Virus record (IMG/VR): IMGVR_UViG_2821091796_000001
Span: 1-64,000 of that record
Length of the DNA: 64,000 nt
DNA from: a virus
Taxonomy: Duplodnaviria > Heunggongvirae > Uroviricota > Caudoviricetes
Reading direction: 5' to 3' (one strand)
Shown: one piece after another, positions 1-9,744 of the stretch
How the letters are laid out: each line of letters starts with the position of its first letter
Position numbering within the stretch: position 1 is the stretch's first letter
The notes under the pieces: generated by a model
What the model was told of the DNA's origin: nothing
Seen by the model: the letters and a program-made list of their open reading frames with translations, nothing else
Databases searched by the model: none
Translations under genes and position numbers: made by a program

Positions 1-143
1 GCCATGCAAATCTCCAGTTAGTCCTGGAAACCTTCTCGCACACGCAGCAAGCCTCAAAATATAGCCAATCCAATGGGGCGGAGACGGCGCTTACGATAAT
101 CACAACCAAGCTCCAAGAGGAAAAACTTCGCAAGGCCGGCGCA

Positions 144-698
144 GTGAACGTGGCGGAAGAAATTGTCAGGCGTCTTCAGAAGCTTGGGAAGATTCGAGAG
201 GTCCAGTATGGACTTGCCGTGCAGGATCGCGCATTCGTTATCGGCGCTTTCGCACGCTGGGCAAGCAGTGTTGGTGACGTAGCGCTAGAGCTGGCAAACC
301 TTCATTCGGACATTGCGAAAACCATCTTTCCGGATCGCGTAACGATTGGCGAAATATGGAAAGAAGCACGCCAGCTCATCCACATTCTTAGAGTGTTTCC
401 CGGTGGGCAAGAATTGCAGTTGCCGAACGGCTTCGTCGATCCGCTAGAGGTCGTCGTTCAGATTGGAACTGCAGCTCAAAAGACTTTCGGGCATTTATTT
501 GTCAGACAGATCGAAGCAGACAAAAAGTTTGCTTATCTGTCCCTCCTCGTCGGTTCCAGCTGGCTCGAAAACAAATCTCTCTTGGATGAAGAAAAGCGAG
601 CAAAGCTGATCGGGGTAATTCGCTATTTGCAGCGCTCAAACAGTAAATCAAAATTGACTTATGCGGCGAGTGCCGCCGTCATGAAGGAGGCAGCATGA
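144..698 (+). CDS. hypothetical protein
   Basis: 184 aa ORF, coding-like, stop overlaps next start (ATGA); no motif recognised. Confidence 0.45.
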   Translation: MNVAEEIVRRLQKLGKIREVQYGLAVQDRAFVIGAFARWASSVGDVALELANLHSDIAKTIFPDRVTIGEIWKEARQLIHILRVFPGGQELQLPNGFVDPLEVVVQIGTAAQKTFGHLFVRQIEADKKFAYLSLLVGSSWLENKSLLDEEKRAKLIGVIRYLQRSNSKSKLTYAASAAVMKEAA

Positions 699-2170
699 AC
701 AAGACCATTGTAGTTATCGTTGGCGCGATAGCCGGCGCCAAGGGCATTACGCTCTACCATGAGGATGGCCGCGAAACGAACCTTGCGCTCGACAGTTGGC
801 GCACAAAGCAAATCATGGACAAGGTGACGCCCTACATTGCGCGCCACGAGAAAGTCGAGATTGACCTAGCGACCTTCGATGTTCACGCGCACTTGGAACA
901 GAAGACGGGCGGATTCATCCGTTTTGTTCGCGAGAAAGTTGCTTCTGTTCGTCAGTGGTTCCGCCCATCTGCGGAAGACGATGCGTCCAAGAATGTTGAA
1001 GCTTTCGCGGAAACTAGCGTTGTGGACGGTCACAGATACGGTGTTCCGGCGGCTAATCCCGAAGCGGACACCATCGTTGCCATCATCGGCGGATCGAAAG
1101 TGCCGGGCATTGAGGCGCTCGAAAAGCATATTGAGCACGCAATCAATTCGGGCGACACCGAAGGGGTCGAGAACTTCATGAAGCGGATCGCATCCGTCAT
1201 TGATAAGCGCGGCCACTCTGTTCAAGAACTTCTGCATTTCATGCAGAAAGGCGACCTTCCTATCGCAAAGGATGGCTCGATCATTGCTTACAAGGTTCTC
1301 ACGAATACATCCGACCACCAAATCGTAGATTGTCATTCTCGCAAGGTCATACAGAAAGTCGGTTCGCGCGTTGTTATGGATGAACATCTCGTTGATCCGA
1401 GCCGCCGAACTCAATGCTCGTCTGGGCTTCATATTGCTCGACGCGGTTATCTGCATGGTTTTAGCGGCGACGTTATCATGATGGTGAAAATCGCGCCGGA
1501 AGAAGTCATAGCCGTTCCACTTGGCGAACCCAACAAGATGCGCGTTGCCGCTTATCATATCGTCGGTGAAATTCCCAAAACGGTTCACGATCTTCTTCGC
1601 TCGAACCAGCCGATGACAAAGGATGATGCCGCGAGCCGGCTCTTGGCTGATGTTATCGCGGGAAATCACGTCGGAGTGCTGGAAGAGGTTCGGATCACAG
1701 GCCCCAAAGGCGATGGGCTGAAGATAACTTCGCTTATTGAAAACGCACCTGGAATTGTTCACGGCGTAAATGGTGCGGCCAAAGCGCTCGATGACGGCGC
1801 TGAGAAGCCGTCAATTACGGTGCAGGCGCTCCGCGAGGCAGCCAAAGCTGCTGCTCCAACTGTCCCCGCACAAGTGGCGGAAATCACAACGCAACACGTC
1901 CAGATGATTAACGGCGACCTGCATGTGGACGGGAAATTGATCGAAAGCGAAACCACAAAGGAGCGCGGCGCACGTTTGAAGCGTGAAAGTCGCGCCGCAT
2001 TAACAAAGAAGCCAACGCCGGCTCCCGTAAAGACAACGAATGCCGAGCAGCTTTCGGAACGTCATGCAAAGGCTCTCAAACTGCACGCAGGTGGAATGTC
2101 GCTGCGCAAGATCGAGAAGGAACTCAAAATCTGCCGCAAGACCGTTCGGCGTCTGATCGACAAAGCGTAA
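695..2170 (+). CDS. hypothetical protein with C-terminal helix-turn-helix
   Basis: 491 aa ORF; C-terminal ...GGMSLRKIEKELKICRKTVRRLIDKA resembles sigma70-region4/resolvase-type HTH; rest unrecognised. Confidence 0.5.
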   Translation: MNKTIVVIVGAIAGAKGITLYHEDGRETNLALDSWRTKQIMDKVTPYIARHEKVEIDLATFDVHAHLEQKTGGFIRFVREKVASVRQWFRPSAEDDASKNVEAFAETSVVDGHRYGVPAANPEADTIVAIIGGSKVPGIEALEKHIEHAINSGDTEGVENFMKRIASVIDKRGHSVQELLHFMQKGDLPIAKDGSIIAYKVLTNTSDHQIVDCHSRKVIQKVGSRVVMDEHLVDPSRRTQCSSGLHIARRGYLHGFSGDVIMMVKIAPEEVIAVPLGEPNKMRVAAYHIVGEIPKTVHDLLRSNQPMTKDDAASRLLADVIAGNHVGVLEEVRITGPKGDGLKITSLIENAPGIVHGVNGAAKALDDGAEKPSITVQALREAAKAAAPTVPAQVAEITTQHVQMINGDLHVDGKLIESETTKERGARLKRESRAALTKKPTPAPVKTTNAEQLSERHAKALKLHAGGMSLRKIEKELKICRKTVRRLIDKA

Positions 2171-2925
2171 TGGAGAGTGAAATGACCATTGTTCACAAAC
2201 ACACAAGCATCAACGGTCCAAAGGAGACCGTCACCGTGCGCCGGCATACGGATTTCAGCACGAATGATGGCACCGAGTTCTTCCAGGTTGAAGTGCCGGC
2301 CCGCAAGGGTCGCTACATGCACACCTCGAACGGTCGCAAATATTACCCACTCGATCCTCGGCCGGACGAAGTTGATCCGCAGGTTGTCGCTCATCACCTC
2401 GCAACGCGCTGCCGCTACAACGGCGCAACACAGCATCCGATATTCCGCACCAAAATCTTCTACTCGGTTGCAGAACATTCGGTCTATGTTTCGCTCTACC
2501 TGGAAAAGGAGCTCGGCCTGCCGCAATACGCACTCGAAGGACTCTTCCACGACGGCTCCGAAGCTTACAATGGCGATCTGATCCGGCCGCTCAAATATGA
2601 CGAGCTGTTCCGCGCTCCGTTCAAGATCGTCGAGGATTTGAATGAACATGCCGGCGCTGAGGCTCTCAATCTGATCTACCCGTATCCAAAAGAGATCAAA
2701 ATCGCTGACGAGGCAGTTACTGCGGCCGAAGTGATCCAGATTGTGCCCAAGGATCCCACTGAAGAGTGGGGAAGTGGAAAACTTCACGACGACACCCGAG
2801 TTGCTCCCTACGAGATTAAGATGATGGATCCGTGGGAAGCGAAGAACTTCTTTCTTGATCGCTATGAGGAGGTCATTGCAAAACGATCGAAATACCGAGA
2901 GCTACCCAAACGATTTACGCTATAA
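2170..2925 (+). CDS. HD-domain phosphohydrolase (YfbR-like 5'-deoxynucleotidase family)
   Basis: motifs AEHSVYV ... LFHDGSEAYNGD typical of HD-domain H..HD..E..GD metal site. Confidence 0.55.
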   Translation: MESEMTIVHKHTSINGPKETVTVRRHTDFSTNDGTEFFQVEVPARKGRYMHTSNGRKYYPLDPRPDEVDPQVVAHHLATRCRYNGATQHPIFRTKIFYSVAEHSVYVSLYLEKELGLPQYALEGLFHDGSEAYNGDLIRPLKYDELFRAPFKIVEDLNEHAGAEALNLIYPYPKEIKIADEAVTAAEVIQIVPKDPTEEWGSGKLHDDTRVAPYEIKMMDPWEAKNFFLDRYEEVIAKRSKYRELPKRFTL

Positions 2926-2943
2926 AGTAAATCAATGATGACT
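2924..2943. promoter_or_regulatory. palindromic motif copy (degenerate right arm), overlaps start codon of 2935 gene
   Basis: aaagtaaatcaATGatgact. Confidence 0.4.
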
Positions 2944-3192
2944 GATACTCACACAAATGATGCAACGGAATGGCCGAGCTTCGCACAGGAGCTCGGTCGC
3001 AAATCGCTCGAGACCGTCGAGACGTGGGTGAAACGCTACAACGCCAGAAAGATTACGGCGCGTGAGCTCTTCATCCTGGTCAGCGCGATCTACGACAGCG
3101 TTTCCGGACTGGTCCCGCGTGATGATCTTGACGTGATTGGCGCTGTCCACGAGGAACTGCGTCAAGCTTCGAAGAAGGCAAAAGCGAAATGA
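2935..3192 (+). CDS. hypothetical small protein
   Basis: 85 aa ORF; start codon lies inside a copy of the palindromic motif. Confidence 0.35.
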   Translation: MMTDTHTNDATEWPSFAQELGRKSLETVETWVKRYNARKITARELFILVSAIYDSVSGLVPRDDLDVIGAVHEELRQASKKAKAK

Positions 3193-3740
3193 CACCAGAG
3201 GAGAAGAACGCATGGATTTTATCCGCTATCAACGCTGGATACATCATTCCGCAAAAAGATGGCTCGATCTATCGGCGCAGCTATGCATCGAAGGACGGGA
3301 CGACAGTGGGTGGGGATCTGCGTCTGGTCAAATACACAGTGCAGAAAAAGTCCGGTCGCGTCTTCTTCAATATGACGTGGTTGGGCATCACGAAATCCGT
3401 TCTCGTGAACCGCGTTATCGCCCTCGCGTTTCTGCCAAACCCTCTCAATCTACCGCAGGTTAATCACATCGACGGCAATAAGGAGAATAACGCGCTCTAC
3501 CAGGCGGACGGCACTTATCAGCTCGAATGGTCCACTGGCCGCGATAACGAGAAGCACGCGCATAACACAGGCCTCAAGACCGGACGCGGTTCAGCGAACT
3601 CGAATGCCAAGCTGTCGAGTGCCGACGTTATAGCGATCCGCGAGTCCCACAAGAGCATTTCCGAAATCGCGGCAGAGCGAGGCGTTGCAAGATCAACGAT
3701 CGCCAACATTCTGGCGCGGAAAACCTGGATTCACTTATGA
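3189..3740 (+). CDS. HNH homing endonuclease
   Basis: NHIDGNKENN ... LEWSTGRDNEKHAHN HNH motif plus C-terminal HTH (STIANILARKTW). Confidence 0.7.
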   Translation: MTPEEKNAWILSAINAGYIIPQKDGSIYRRSYASKDGTTVGGDLRLVKYTVQKKSGRVFFNMTWLGITKSVLVNRVIALAFLPNPLNLPQVNHIDGNKENNALYQADGTYQLEWSTGRDNEKHAHNTGLKTGRGSANSNAKLSSADVIAIRESHKSISEIAAERGVARSTIANILARKTWIHL

Positions 3741-3955
3741 GCGAAGTAAGCTGGAAATCACCTACCCTGAACAAGGGCAAGAGCATGTTTCGCCAGAGCG
3801 GCGACATCACGATGACCGTCGATCACGTGGATCGCGTAATCGATCCGTATCTTGCAGGTGTCATGCACAAGGGGCGGATCGTGTATTCCGGTCTTCATGC
3901 CAGCCTTTCGGAAGCGCGAGCCGAATGTGAGCAAAAAGCTAAGGATCTTTCCTGA
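3737..3955 (+). CDS. hypothetical protein
   Basis: 72 aa ORF translationally coupled. Confidence 0.35.
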   Translation: MSEVSWKSPTLNKGKSMFRQSGDITMTVDHVDRVIDPYLAGVMHKGRIVYSGLHASLSEARAECEQKAKDLS

Positions 3956-4242
3956 TGGCATTTGCATCACGCAATGAAAGCGGCACCTGGCGTCTGTGTC
4001 TGCGAATGGGAAAAACCATCACGCATATTAACGCCGCACAGCTTCCTGGAGTCGAAATCGGGTTCTCTTCGCAGGCTACAGCCAAAAAGTGCGCCGACGC
4101 ACTGAATGAGCGCTTCTGGAAGGAATACGACCGGCATGAGCGCCTGGCTACCGGCCAGCCCTCGCCGCTCGAGAACGACATCATCGAACTGATCCACCAG
4201 ATGGGCGGCATCAGCAAAGCAGATTATGAAAGGTTGCAGTAA
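3955..4242 (+). CDS. hypothetical protein
   Basis: 95 aa ORF coupled to flanking genes. Confidence 0.35.
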   Translation: MAFASRNESGTWRLCLRMGKTITHINAAQLPGVEIGFSSQATAKKCADALNERFWKEYDRHERLATGQPSPLENDIIELIHQMGGISKADYERLQ

Positions 4243-4796
4243 TGCCAATTGAAGCGGGTATCGATATTGAAACGACCGGCTTGGAGAAGGGTGATCATCG
4301 GATCATCGAGGTCTACGCCGGCCTGTGGTCCAACGGCATACTTAAATACGAGTTCAACCAACGTGTTGATCCGCAGCGCTCGATCGCCGCCGACGCCCAG
4401 CGTGTCCATGGAATCTCGTCAGCTGACCTAATGGGCAAGCCTACCTGGGACGCGATCGCGCCGAGTTTGATCAAGGTTGTCGAGAAGGCTGATTTGATCG
4501 TCTGGCACAATGGCGACTGGTTCGATGGCCCATTCCTTGCATACGAATGCTCGCGTGTTGGTCTCGTCTTTCCGAAGAAGCCAACTCTCGACACGATGGC
4601 GGCTGGAATATGGGCAACTCCGGACGGCAAGAAGCCGTCGCTGAAGGAGCTCGCCTTTGCAATGAACGTTCCCTACGACACCGCCCTCGCACATGCCGCG
4701 GACTACGACGTGAAGGTCATGATGGAGTGCTACTTCCGCGCCAAGCAAGAAGGTTACTTCCAGCCCACTGATGATGACGTTTCAATCGCAGCTTAA
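4242..4796 (+). CDS. DnaQ-like 3'-5' exonuclease (DEDDh)
   Basis: Exo I IDIETTGL, Exo II HNGDWFDGPFL, Exo III HAADYDV motifs. Confidence 0.7.
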   Translation: MPIEAGIDIETTGLEKGDHRIIEVYAGLWSNGILKYEFNQRVDPQRSIAADAQRVHGISSADLMGKPTWDAIAPSLIKVVEKADLIVWHNGDWFDGPFLAYECSRVGLVFPKKPTLDTMAAGIWATPDGKKPSLKELAFAMNVPYDTALAHAADYDVKVMMECYFRAKQEGYFQPTDDDVSIAA

Positions 4797-4831
4797 TATC
4801 CATCCTCTTACCATTAGTGTCCCTAAATATC

Positions 4832-5647
4832 ATGCGCTATAAAGACAATGTAAGCAAAAACAATGACTTATCGGACATTGCAGAGGAGATTATTGACATG
4901 CCCGAGACACAGAATGCGACTGCTGGAATAACGGAGGCCGATCAGGAAGCGATCGGCGCATTGCTTGACGACTTGGATCTTGGCGATGATGAAATCATCG
5001 AAACCAGTGCCGTCGAGGACGACCTGCTCGGTGAGCTTTCGATCGAAGATACCGAGATCAATGAAAGCGAGGAAGCAGCTGCTCTGCGCGCAATCGACCG
5101 CGAGGCGCATTACGAGGAGCAGGAATCCGAAATCGCCGTCGATACATTGGCTGAAAAAGCCGACAAGACGGCAAAGAAAGCGAAAGCTCCAAAGACCCCG
5201 CGCGCTCCGAAGGCGCCAGCCGTGCCACGCACGCCGCGTGACCTTGCGTCGATCGACCCTTCAGCCTTCGTGCTGGAAGGAGCGCCAGAAGACCTTGATG
5301 CGAATAAAGCGACTGTCATGGCGGCCGTTCCATCCCAGAAGAAAATCGCGGAGAAATTCGAGAATATCTTCGCCGCAATCAGCGTCGGAAAACAACCGTC
5401 CGTCTACGTCGTTCAGGCCTTCAAACTTCTGGATGATCGCAAGGAGCTTACCGCGAGCGACCTGACGAGCTCCTTCAAGCTTCGCTACAAGCAGGGCACG
5501 GCGATGAGCCAGTCCGGCCAGATCATGAAGCTCTTCGAAGTTCTCAAGATCGCCACCCGCGACAAGAACAAGCTGACCTTGAATGCAAACTCGGTCATCG
5601 CGTCCAAGCTTCGCGACATTCTTACCCCTGCGCCGGCAGCCGCCTAA
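4832..5647 (+). CDS. acidic hypothetical protein
   Basis: Asp/Glu-rich N-terminus, Lys/Pro-rich linker; start at internal ATG of track ORF 4817. Confidence 0.4.
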   Translation: MRYKDNVSKNNDLSDIAEEIIDMPETQNATAGITEADQEAIGALLDDLDLGDDEIIETSAVEDDLLGELSIEDTEINESEEAAALRAIDREAHYEEQESEIAVDTLAEKADKTAKKAKAPKTPRAPKAPAVPRTPRDLASIDPSAFVLEGAPEDLDANKATVMAAVPSQKKIAEKFENIFAAISVGKQPSVYVVQAFKLLDDRKELTASDLTSSFKLRYKQGTAMSQSGQIMKLFEVLKIATRDKNKLTLNANSVIASKLRDILTPAPAAA

Positions 5648-5720
5648 GCAGAACACAATTCATCGGCGAGTCCCAGGCACGCCAATATCAATCAATTATG
5701 ATTTATCCCAAGGAGGGATC

Positions 5721-5981
5721 ATGAAATACAAGCTATTCACTGCAATCACAGCCGTTTCTCTGCTTGCCATTACAGGCTGCAGCACGACCGGCACATTCGA
5801 GGCTCACGACAAATACGAGTATGTCGCCGGCTACGCGTTCAAGACTAATCTTTCATGCGAGCGTAAGACGCCCAAGGATCAGTTCGATCGCAAGTGTGAC
5901 TATCCTCGCCTCGGCTTTAAGGGCTTCTCGCCTGATCCAGGCTTCAGCGTCGGTAGCGCTGGTGCTGGAACCGGTCCGTAA
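5721..5981 (+). CDS. putative lipoprotein
   Basis: SD aaggagg, signal peptide MKYKLFTAITAVSLLAITGC with lipobox. Confidence 0.5.
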   Translation: MKYKLFTAITAVSLLAITGCSTTGTFEAHDKYEYVAGYAFKTNLSCERKTPKDQFDRKCDYPRLGFKGFSPDPGFSVGSAGAGTGP

Positions 5982-5998
5982 GACCTAACAATCCCATC

Positions 5999-6033
5999 GG
6001 CGCGCTCTTAGGGGCGCGCCTATTCTTTTCGTT
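5999..6033 (+). terminator. rho-independent terminator-like hairpin
   Basis: ggcgcgc-tcttagg-ggcgcgcc followed by T-rich tract. Confidence 0.45.
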
Positions 6034-6051
6034 TGATGGTGGAGAATACTG

Positions 6052-6297
6052 ATGCTTGATCCGCTTTATCGCGCCGGCGATCGTCTGGAACTCGTTCACA
6101 TGCCTGATGACCCGTCCCCTATTCCAGTGGGCACAAAGGGCACAGTTGCCATGGACTCGACACATATCGGTAAAGGCAGATGGCAGACAGCGATGAAGTG
6201 GGACAACGGTCGCACCCTGTCGATTGTCTCTCCGGAAGACAAAGTTCGAATCCTTCCGAATGACGAAGATTCCTCTGTCGCTCCTAACGATATTTGA
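6052..6297 (+). CDS. hypothetical protein
   Basis: 81 aa ORF. Confidence 0.35.
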   Translation: MLDPLYRAGDRLELVHMPDDPSPIPVGTKGTVAMDSTHIGKGRWQTAMKWDNGRTLSIVSPEDKVRILPNDEDSSVAPNDI

Positions 6298-6306
6298 TAT
6301 AAATTT

Positions 6307-6328
6307 AGTCAATCATCATTGATTTACT
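6307..6328. promoter_or_regulatory. palindromic motif copy
   Basis: agtcaatcatcattgatttact, 17 nt before ATG 6346. Confidence 0.55.
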
Positions 6329-6345
6329 TTTGAGGACACACAGAG

Positions 6346-6741
6346 ATGCCGCGTTTTATCGTAGAGAAGCTGCAGGACGCATATGTGCGCTATCAGACCG
6401 TCGTTGATGCGGACAATGCACAGGACGCCAAAGACAAGGTCAAAGCCTGGACATTCGTCGGCCAATGGGTGCCAACCGGACATGTCGATGAGTATGACCA
6501 TTTCGATATCTCGGACAATGATCCGGAGAAGGTCGAGGACGATCACGTCATTGCAGAGGATGTTGCAATCAGCGTCTCCGAGCAGGCTCGTGACATCATC
6601 ATTGCCGCGCTTCGGCTATGGCAGCGGCTTGATACATTCAGCATTCCACACTCCATCGAGGAGCTCGCTCGTAACGGTCGCGCATCCTACTTATCAAATG
6701 AAGAAATTGATGAGTTGGTGGAGTCAGTCAATCATGATTGA
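6346..6741 (+). CDS. hypothetical protein
   Basis: 131 aa acidic ORF preceded by palindromic motif. Confidence 0.4.
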   Translation: MPRFIVEKLQDAYVRYQTVVDADNAQDAKDKVKAWTFVGQWVPTGHVDEYDHFDISDNDPEKVEDDHVIAEDVAISVSEQARDIIIAALRLWQRLDTFSIPHSIEELARNGRASYLSNEEIDELVESVNHD

Positions 6742-6982
6742 TCTTTACCACGTGCACGAACGCTACAGTGACGACGACAATTCGCTCCTCGTGCGCGCAT
6801 CTTCCCCGGAAGAGGCCGCGAAACTCTGGTGGGAATATTACGAGTATGAACCGGATCCGATGATGGGTGAGATCGCCATCTCGCTTTGCATGGCTGACCT
6901 CAACGTAATTGGCGCAATTCCTTGGAACCAGACTCTTGGCATGTTCGAGGTCGGCGCAAAGAAGATCGAGGACTGGCTCTGA
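6734..6982 (+). CDS. hypothetical protein
   Basis: 82 aa ORF from internal ATG of track ORF 6383, overlaps neighbours. Confidence 0.3.
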   Translation: MIDLYHVHERYSDDDNSLLVRASSPEEAAKLWWEYYEYEPDPMMGEIAISLCMADLNVIGAIPWNQTLGMFEVGAKKIEDWL

Positions 6983-7440
6983 TGTGGATCAACTTTGACG
7001 ATAAGCAGCTCGAATACGTTAAAGCAGCAATGATTGCCTTTGCGGACGGCAACGAGCGCGATGCCAAGTTATTTTGGCTCGAAGAGCTTCGCGACTTACG
7101 TGAACGTCTGGAACAAGAAGCCAAGGACTATCGCTCAATCGCCGCAAAGATCGATGAGAGCAAGGCCAACTTTGATCCGAACGATCCGTATCTCGCTGCG
7201 GCAAGGGAAGCCGCCAATCACGAGCTCGAAATCGATGAAGATGCCGCCGTTTCACCTGGTGCTGATCCGGGCGCATGGGTTCAGGCCTGGATTTGGGTAT
7301 CGAACGAAGCAGCAGGTCTCGATGTCGAAGATACCTGTCGGGATTGCTTAGAGGAGTATGCGGAAGGCGGAGACGGTTACAACGGTCGCTGTCCGGATTG
7401 TGCCGACGCCGCAGAGGCCAGAGGAGATTCCGATGACTAA
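6982..7440 (+). CDS. hypothetical protein with C-terminal Cys4 zinc ribbon
   Basis: CRDC...CPDC near C-terminus. Confidence 0.35.
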   Translation: MWINFDDKQLEYVKAAMIAFADGNERDAKLFWLEELRDLRERLEQEAKDYRSIAAKIDESKANFDPNDPYLAAAREAANHELEIDEDAAVSPGADPGAWVQAWIWVSNEAAGLDVEDTCRDCLEEYAEGGDGYNGRCPDCADAAEARGDSDD

Positions 7441-7603
7441 TAACCACGAAGCCATCGACAAGATTGCCAACGCAATAATTGACAGCCGCCCCGATCTTGA
7501 GCCGTTAAGTCTCGATGAGTGGTTACTTGAGCATTCGGAAAAACTGTCGCTGCGCGAGACGGATGCGGCTATCGCAATCCTTCGTCTCTATGACGAACAA
7601 TAG
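7433..7603 (+). CDS. hypothetical small protein
   Basis: 56 aa from internal ATG. Confidence 0.3.
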   Translation: MTNNHEAIDKIANAIIDSRPDLEPLSLDEWLLEHSEKLSLRETDAAIAILRLYDEQ

Positions 7604-7612
7604 GAGAATAAC

Positions 7613-8998
7613 TTGATTGATGGTTTCAAGCTGATCTCGTGGGGCTTTCCTACGGGCAAATGGTTCGGCTCTGCACTGGAAGAGGCTCAGAACATGGAGC
7701 GTCTCGGAGCGAGCGAACAGGAAATTTTCGACGCGCTTAAGGATCACGTTCCGGTTGAGATCGGCATGCGCACAAACTCCATTCCCTACAGCGTCTTCCT
7801 TGAGCCGGAGAACGACGAAGAGCGTGCAAATCTGGCTTCGGTCAACGCACATATGGACGCTCTTTTGCGAGTTCCTACGATTGTTTCTGGCGCTATCATG
7901 CCGGACGCCTGTCCTGCTGGCTCGCAGCTTGGAACGATCCCGGTAGGCGGTGTCGTTGCGACAAAGGATGCGATTCATCCTGGCTTTCATTCAGCGGATA
8001 TTTGCTGCTCGATGTTCATGACAGTCTTCAATCGTCAGGACGATCTGAAGCGGATCTTGGATATCGCAATGAAGGTTACGCATTTCGGACCTGGCGGCCG
8101 GGAAGACTTTAATATGAGCCCAGCGCTCCATGCTCAGTTCGATCAGAACCACTTCCTAAAGGGTCTGAACAATATCGGTGATTATGCGATGGGAACACAG
8201 GGCGACGGCAATCACTTCCTTTACGTCGGCACGCTCGAATCTACAGGACAGCCAGCGATCGTCACGCATCACGGTTCGCGCAATGTCGGCGCCCAGCTTT
8301 ACAAGCGAGGCATGGCTGCAGCAAAACGGCACACTTCGATTGTGGCACCGCGGATCCCATCGCACAATGCTTGGATCGATGCGAATAGCGCCGATGGCGA
8401 GTCCTATTGGGAGGCACTCCAGATTGTGCGCGAGTGGACGAAGGCCAATCACGCCATAATTCACGATACGATTGCGCGAATCCTCGGTAACAAGGTCGTC
8501 GGGCAAATGTGGAACGAACACAACTTTGTCTTCCGGCGGACAGATGGGCTTTTCTATCACGGAAAAGGCGCAACGCCGTCTTTCAAGGGCTTTGCGGCGG
8601 ACGAAACAGGACGGACTTTGATCCCATTGAATATGAGCGAGCCAATCCTGATCGCTGAACCAACAGATAAGAAAGAAGCCCTTGGCTTTGCGCCGCATGG
8701 TGCCGGACGAAACACTGGACGCAAGAATTATCTGCGCGGTCTAGCCGCGAAGTTTGGAGATCCGGAAGGTCTGTCTCCAATCATGGAGAAAGCAATCTTT
8801 GAAGATCAGACGGAGGGTCTAGACATTCGCTCCTACTCCGGAACGCCAGATTTGTCAGAACTACCTGGCGCTTACAAGAACGCAGCCGCTGTCACGCAGC
8901 AAATCCACAAATTCGGTCTCGCCAATCTGGTGGACTCGGTAATTCCCTACGGCTCAATCATGGCTGGCGAACAGAAGTGGGATAGAGGCAGAAAATGA
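7613..8998 (+). CDS. rtcB: RtcB-family RNA 3'-phosphate ligase
   Basis: GTQGDGNHF, NEHNFVFR, PHGAGRN motifs of RtcB; TTG start after aggaga SD. Confidence 0.75.
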   Translation: MIDGFKLISWGFPTGKWFGSALEEAQNMERLGASEQEIFDALKDHVPVEIGMRTNSIPYSVFLEPENDEERANLASVNAHMDALLRVPTIVSGAIMPDACPAGSQLGTIPVGGVVATKDAIHPGFHSADICCSMFMTVFNRQDDLKRILDIAMKVTHFGPGGREDFNMSPALHAQFDQNHFLKGLNNIGDYAMGTQGDGNHFLYVGTLESTGQPAIVTHHGSRNVGAQLYKRGMAAAKRHTSIVAPRIPSHNAWIDANSADGESYWEALQIVREWTKANHAIIHDTIARILGNKVVGQMWNEHNFVFRRTDGLFYHGKGATPSFKGFAADETGRTLIPLNMSEPILIAEPTDKKEALGFAPHGAGRNTGRKNYLRGLAAKFGDPEGLSPIMEKAIFEDQTEGLDIRSYSGTPDLSELPGAYKNAAAVTQQIHKFGLANLVDSVIPYGSIMAGEQKWDRGRK

Positions 8999-9186
8999 GT
9001 GAAGACCTCCGCCGGGAGATTGCTGAAATCCTGGAGATCATCGCCAAGGATGGTCTGCCAGGTCCACGCGATCTGGACGTTGCGCTTGACGCCATCGAGT
9101 GCAGTATTAGGGCGCATAATAAACTGTCTGATCAGGAATCTACATAATCCAGATGCAGCCCTGATCAGCTTTGCTATAACTGCAAC

Positions 9187-9206
9187 AGTCAATCAATTTT
9201 GACTTA
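9187..9206. promoter_or_regulatory. palindromic motif copy
   Basis: agtcaatcaattttgactta, 23 nt before ATG 9230; TTGCTATAAC box just upstream (approx 9166-9176). Confidence 0.55.
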
Positions 9207-9229
9207 TCTTTAAGAGAGAGAGAACAAAT

Positions 9230-9583
9230 ATGAACCTTTCAAATATTGAACTCGGCACGAAGCTTGCTGGCGAACTCACGGTTTTACGTCGCCGCGCACG
9301 AAACATTCGCGACGGAGGTATGAGCATTAGCGTCGGTCGTGAAGGCTGGACGCCAAGCGAAACTGTTCGTGAACGCACTGCTCAACTGATGCTGGAAGAG
9401 CTCGCCGGCCAAGAACGCAAGATACTTGAAGAACTCAGCCATATCGGCATCTACGACGATGGCAAAAGCCGGCCGGCTGCAGTGGGCGAAAGCAAGTCCG
9501 CCGATGAGTGCGGATTCACCCACATCGGCGATGTTATCATTCCCGGCTTTGGCTCAGTGCCGGGCTTCGCATTCCGATCGTAG
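9230..9583 (+). CDS. hypothetical protein
   Basis: 117 aa ORF preceded by TTGCTATAAC promoter-like box and palindromic motif. Confidence 0.4.
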   Translation: MNLSNIELGTKLAGELTVLRRRARNIRDGGMSISVGREGWTPSETVRERTAQLMLEELAGQERKILEELSHIGIYDDGKSRPAAVGESKSADECGFTHIGDVIIPGFGSVPGFAFRS

Positions 9584-9744
9584 CCCCCAGCAACTCTTCG
9601 GAGTGATCATCCTTCCAACCGAGCGAGAAGCATCATGCAATTTTTCCTGGCCAGTCTCGGGTTCGCAGTCATTGCCCTGCTCTTGGGCTACGGCGTCTAC
9701 AAACTGATCGGCGACGTCCGGTTCAATTCCCACAACAAACGCAA

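Noticed and set aside
659-847. Minus-strand ORF ending ...ANDNYNGLVHAASFMTAALAA, resembling an alphaproteobacterial tmRNA tag peptide
   Set aside because: It lies antisense inside two overlapping, clearly coding + strand genes. The Ala-rich ending is produced by GCC/GCG-rich codons read in reverse. No tRNA-like acceptor/T-arm structure surrounds it.
866-2787. Long antisense track ORFs (866..1762 -, 2062..2787 -, and similar ones throughout, e.g. 8156..8698 -, 47447..47980 -, 49008..49730 -, 49740..50648 -, 51094..51858 -, 61266..62006 -, 62928..63545 -, 63269..63886 -)
   Set aside because: These are shadow ORFs opposite well-supported + strand genes with recognisable motifs. They have no RBS context or coupling and their composition is odd.
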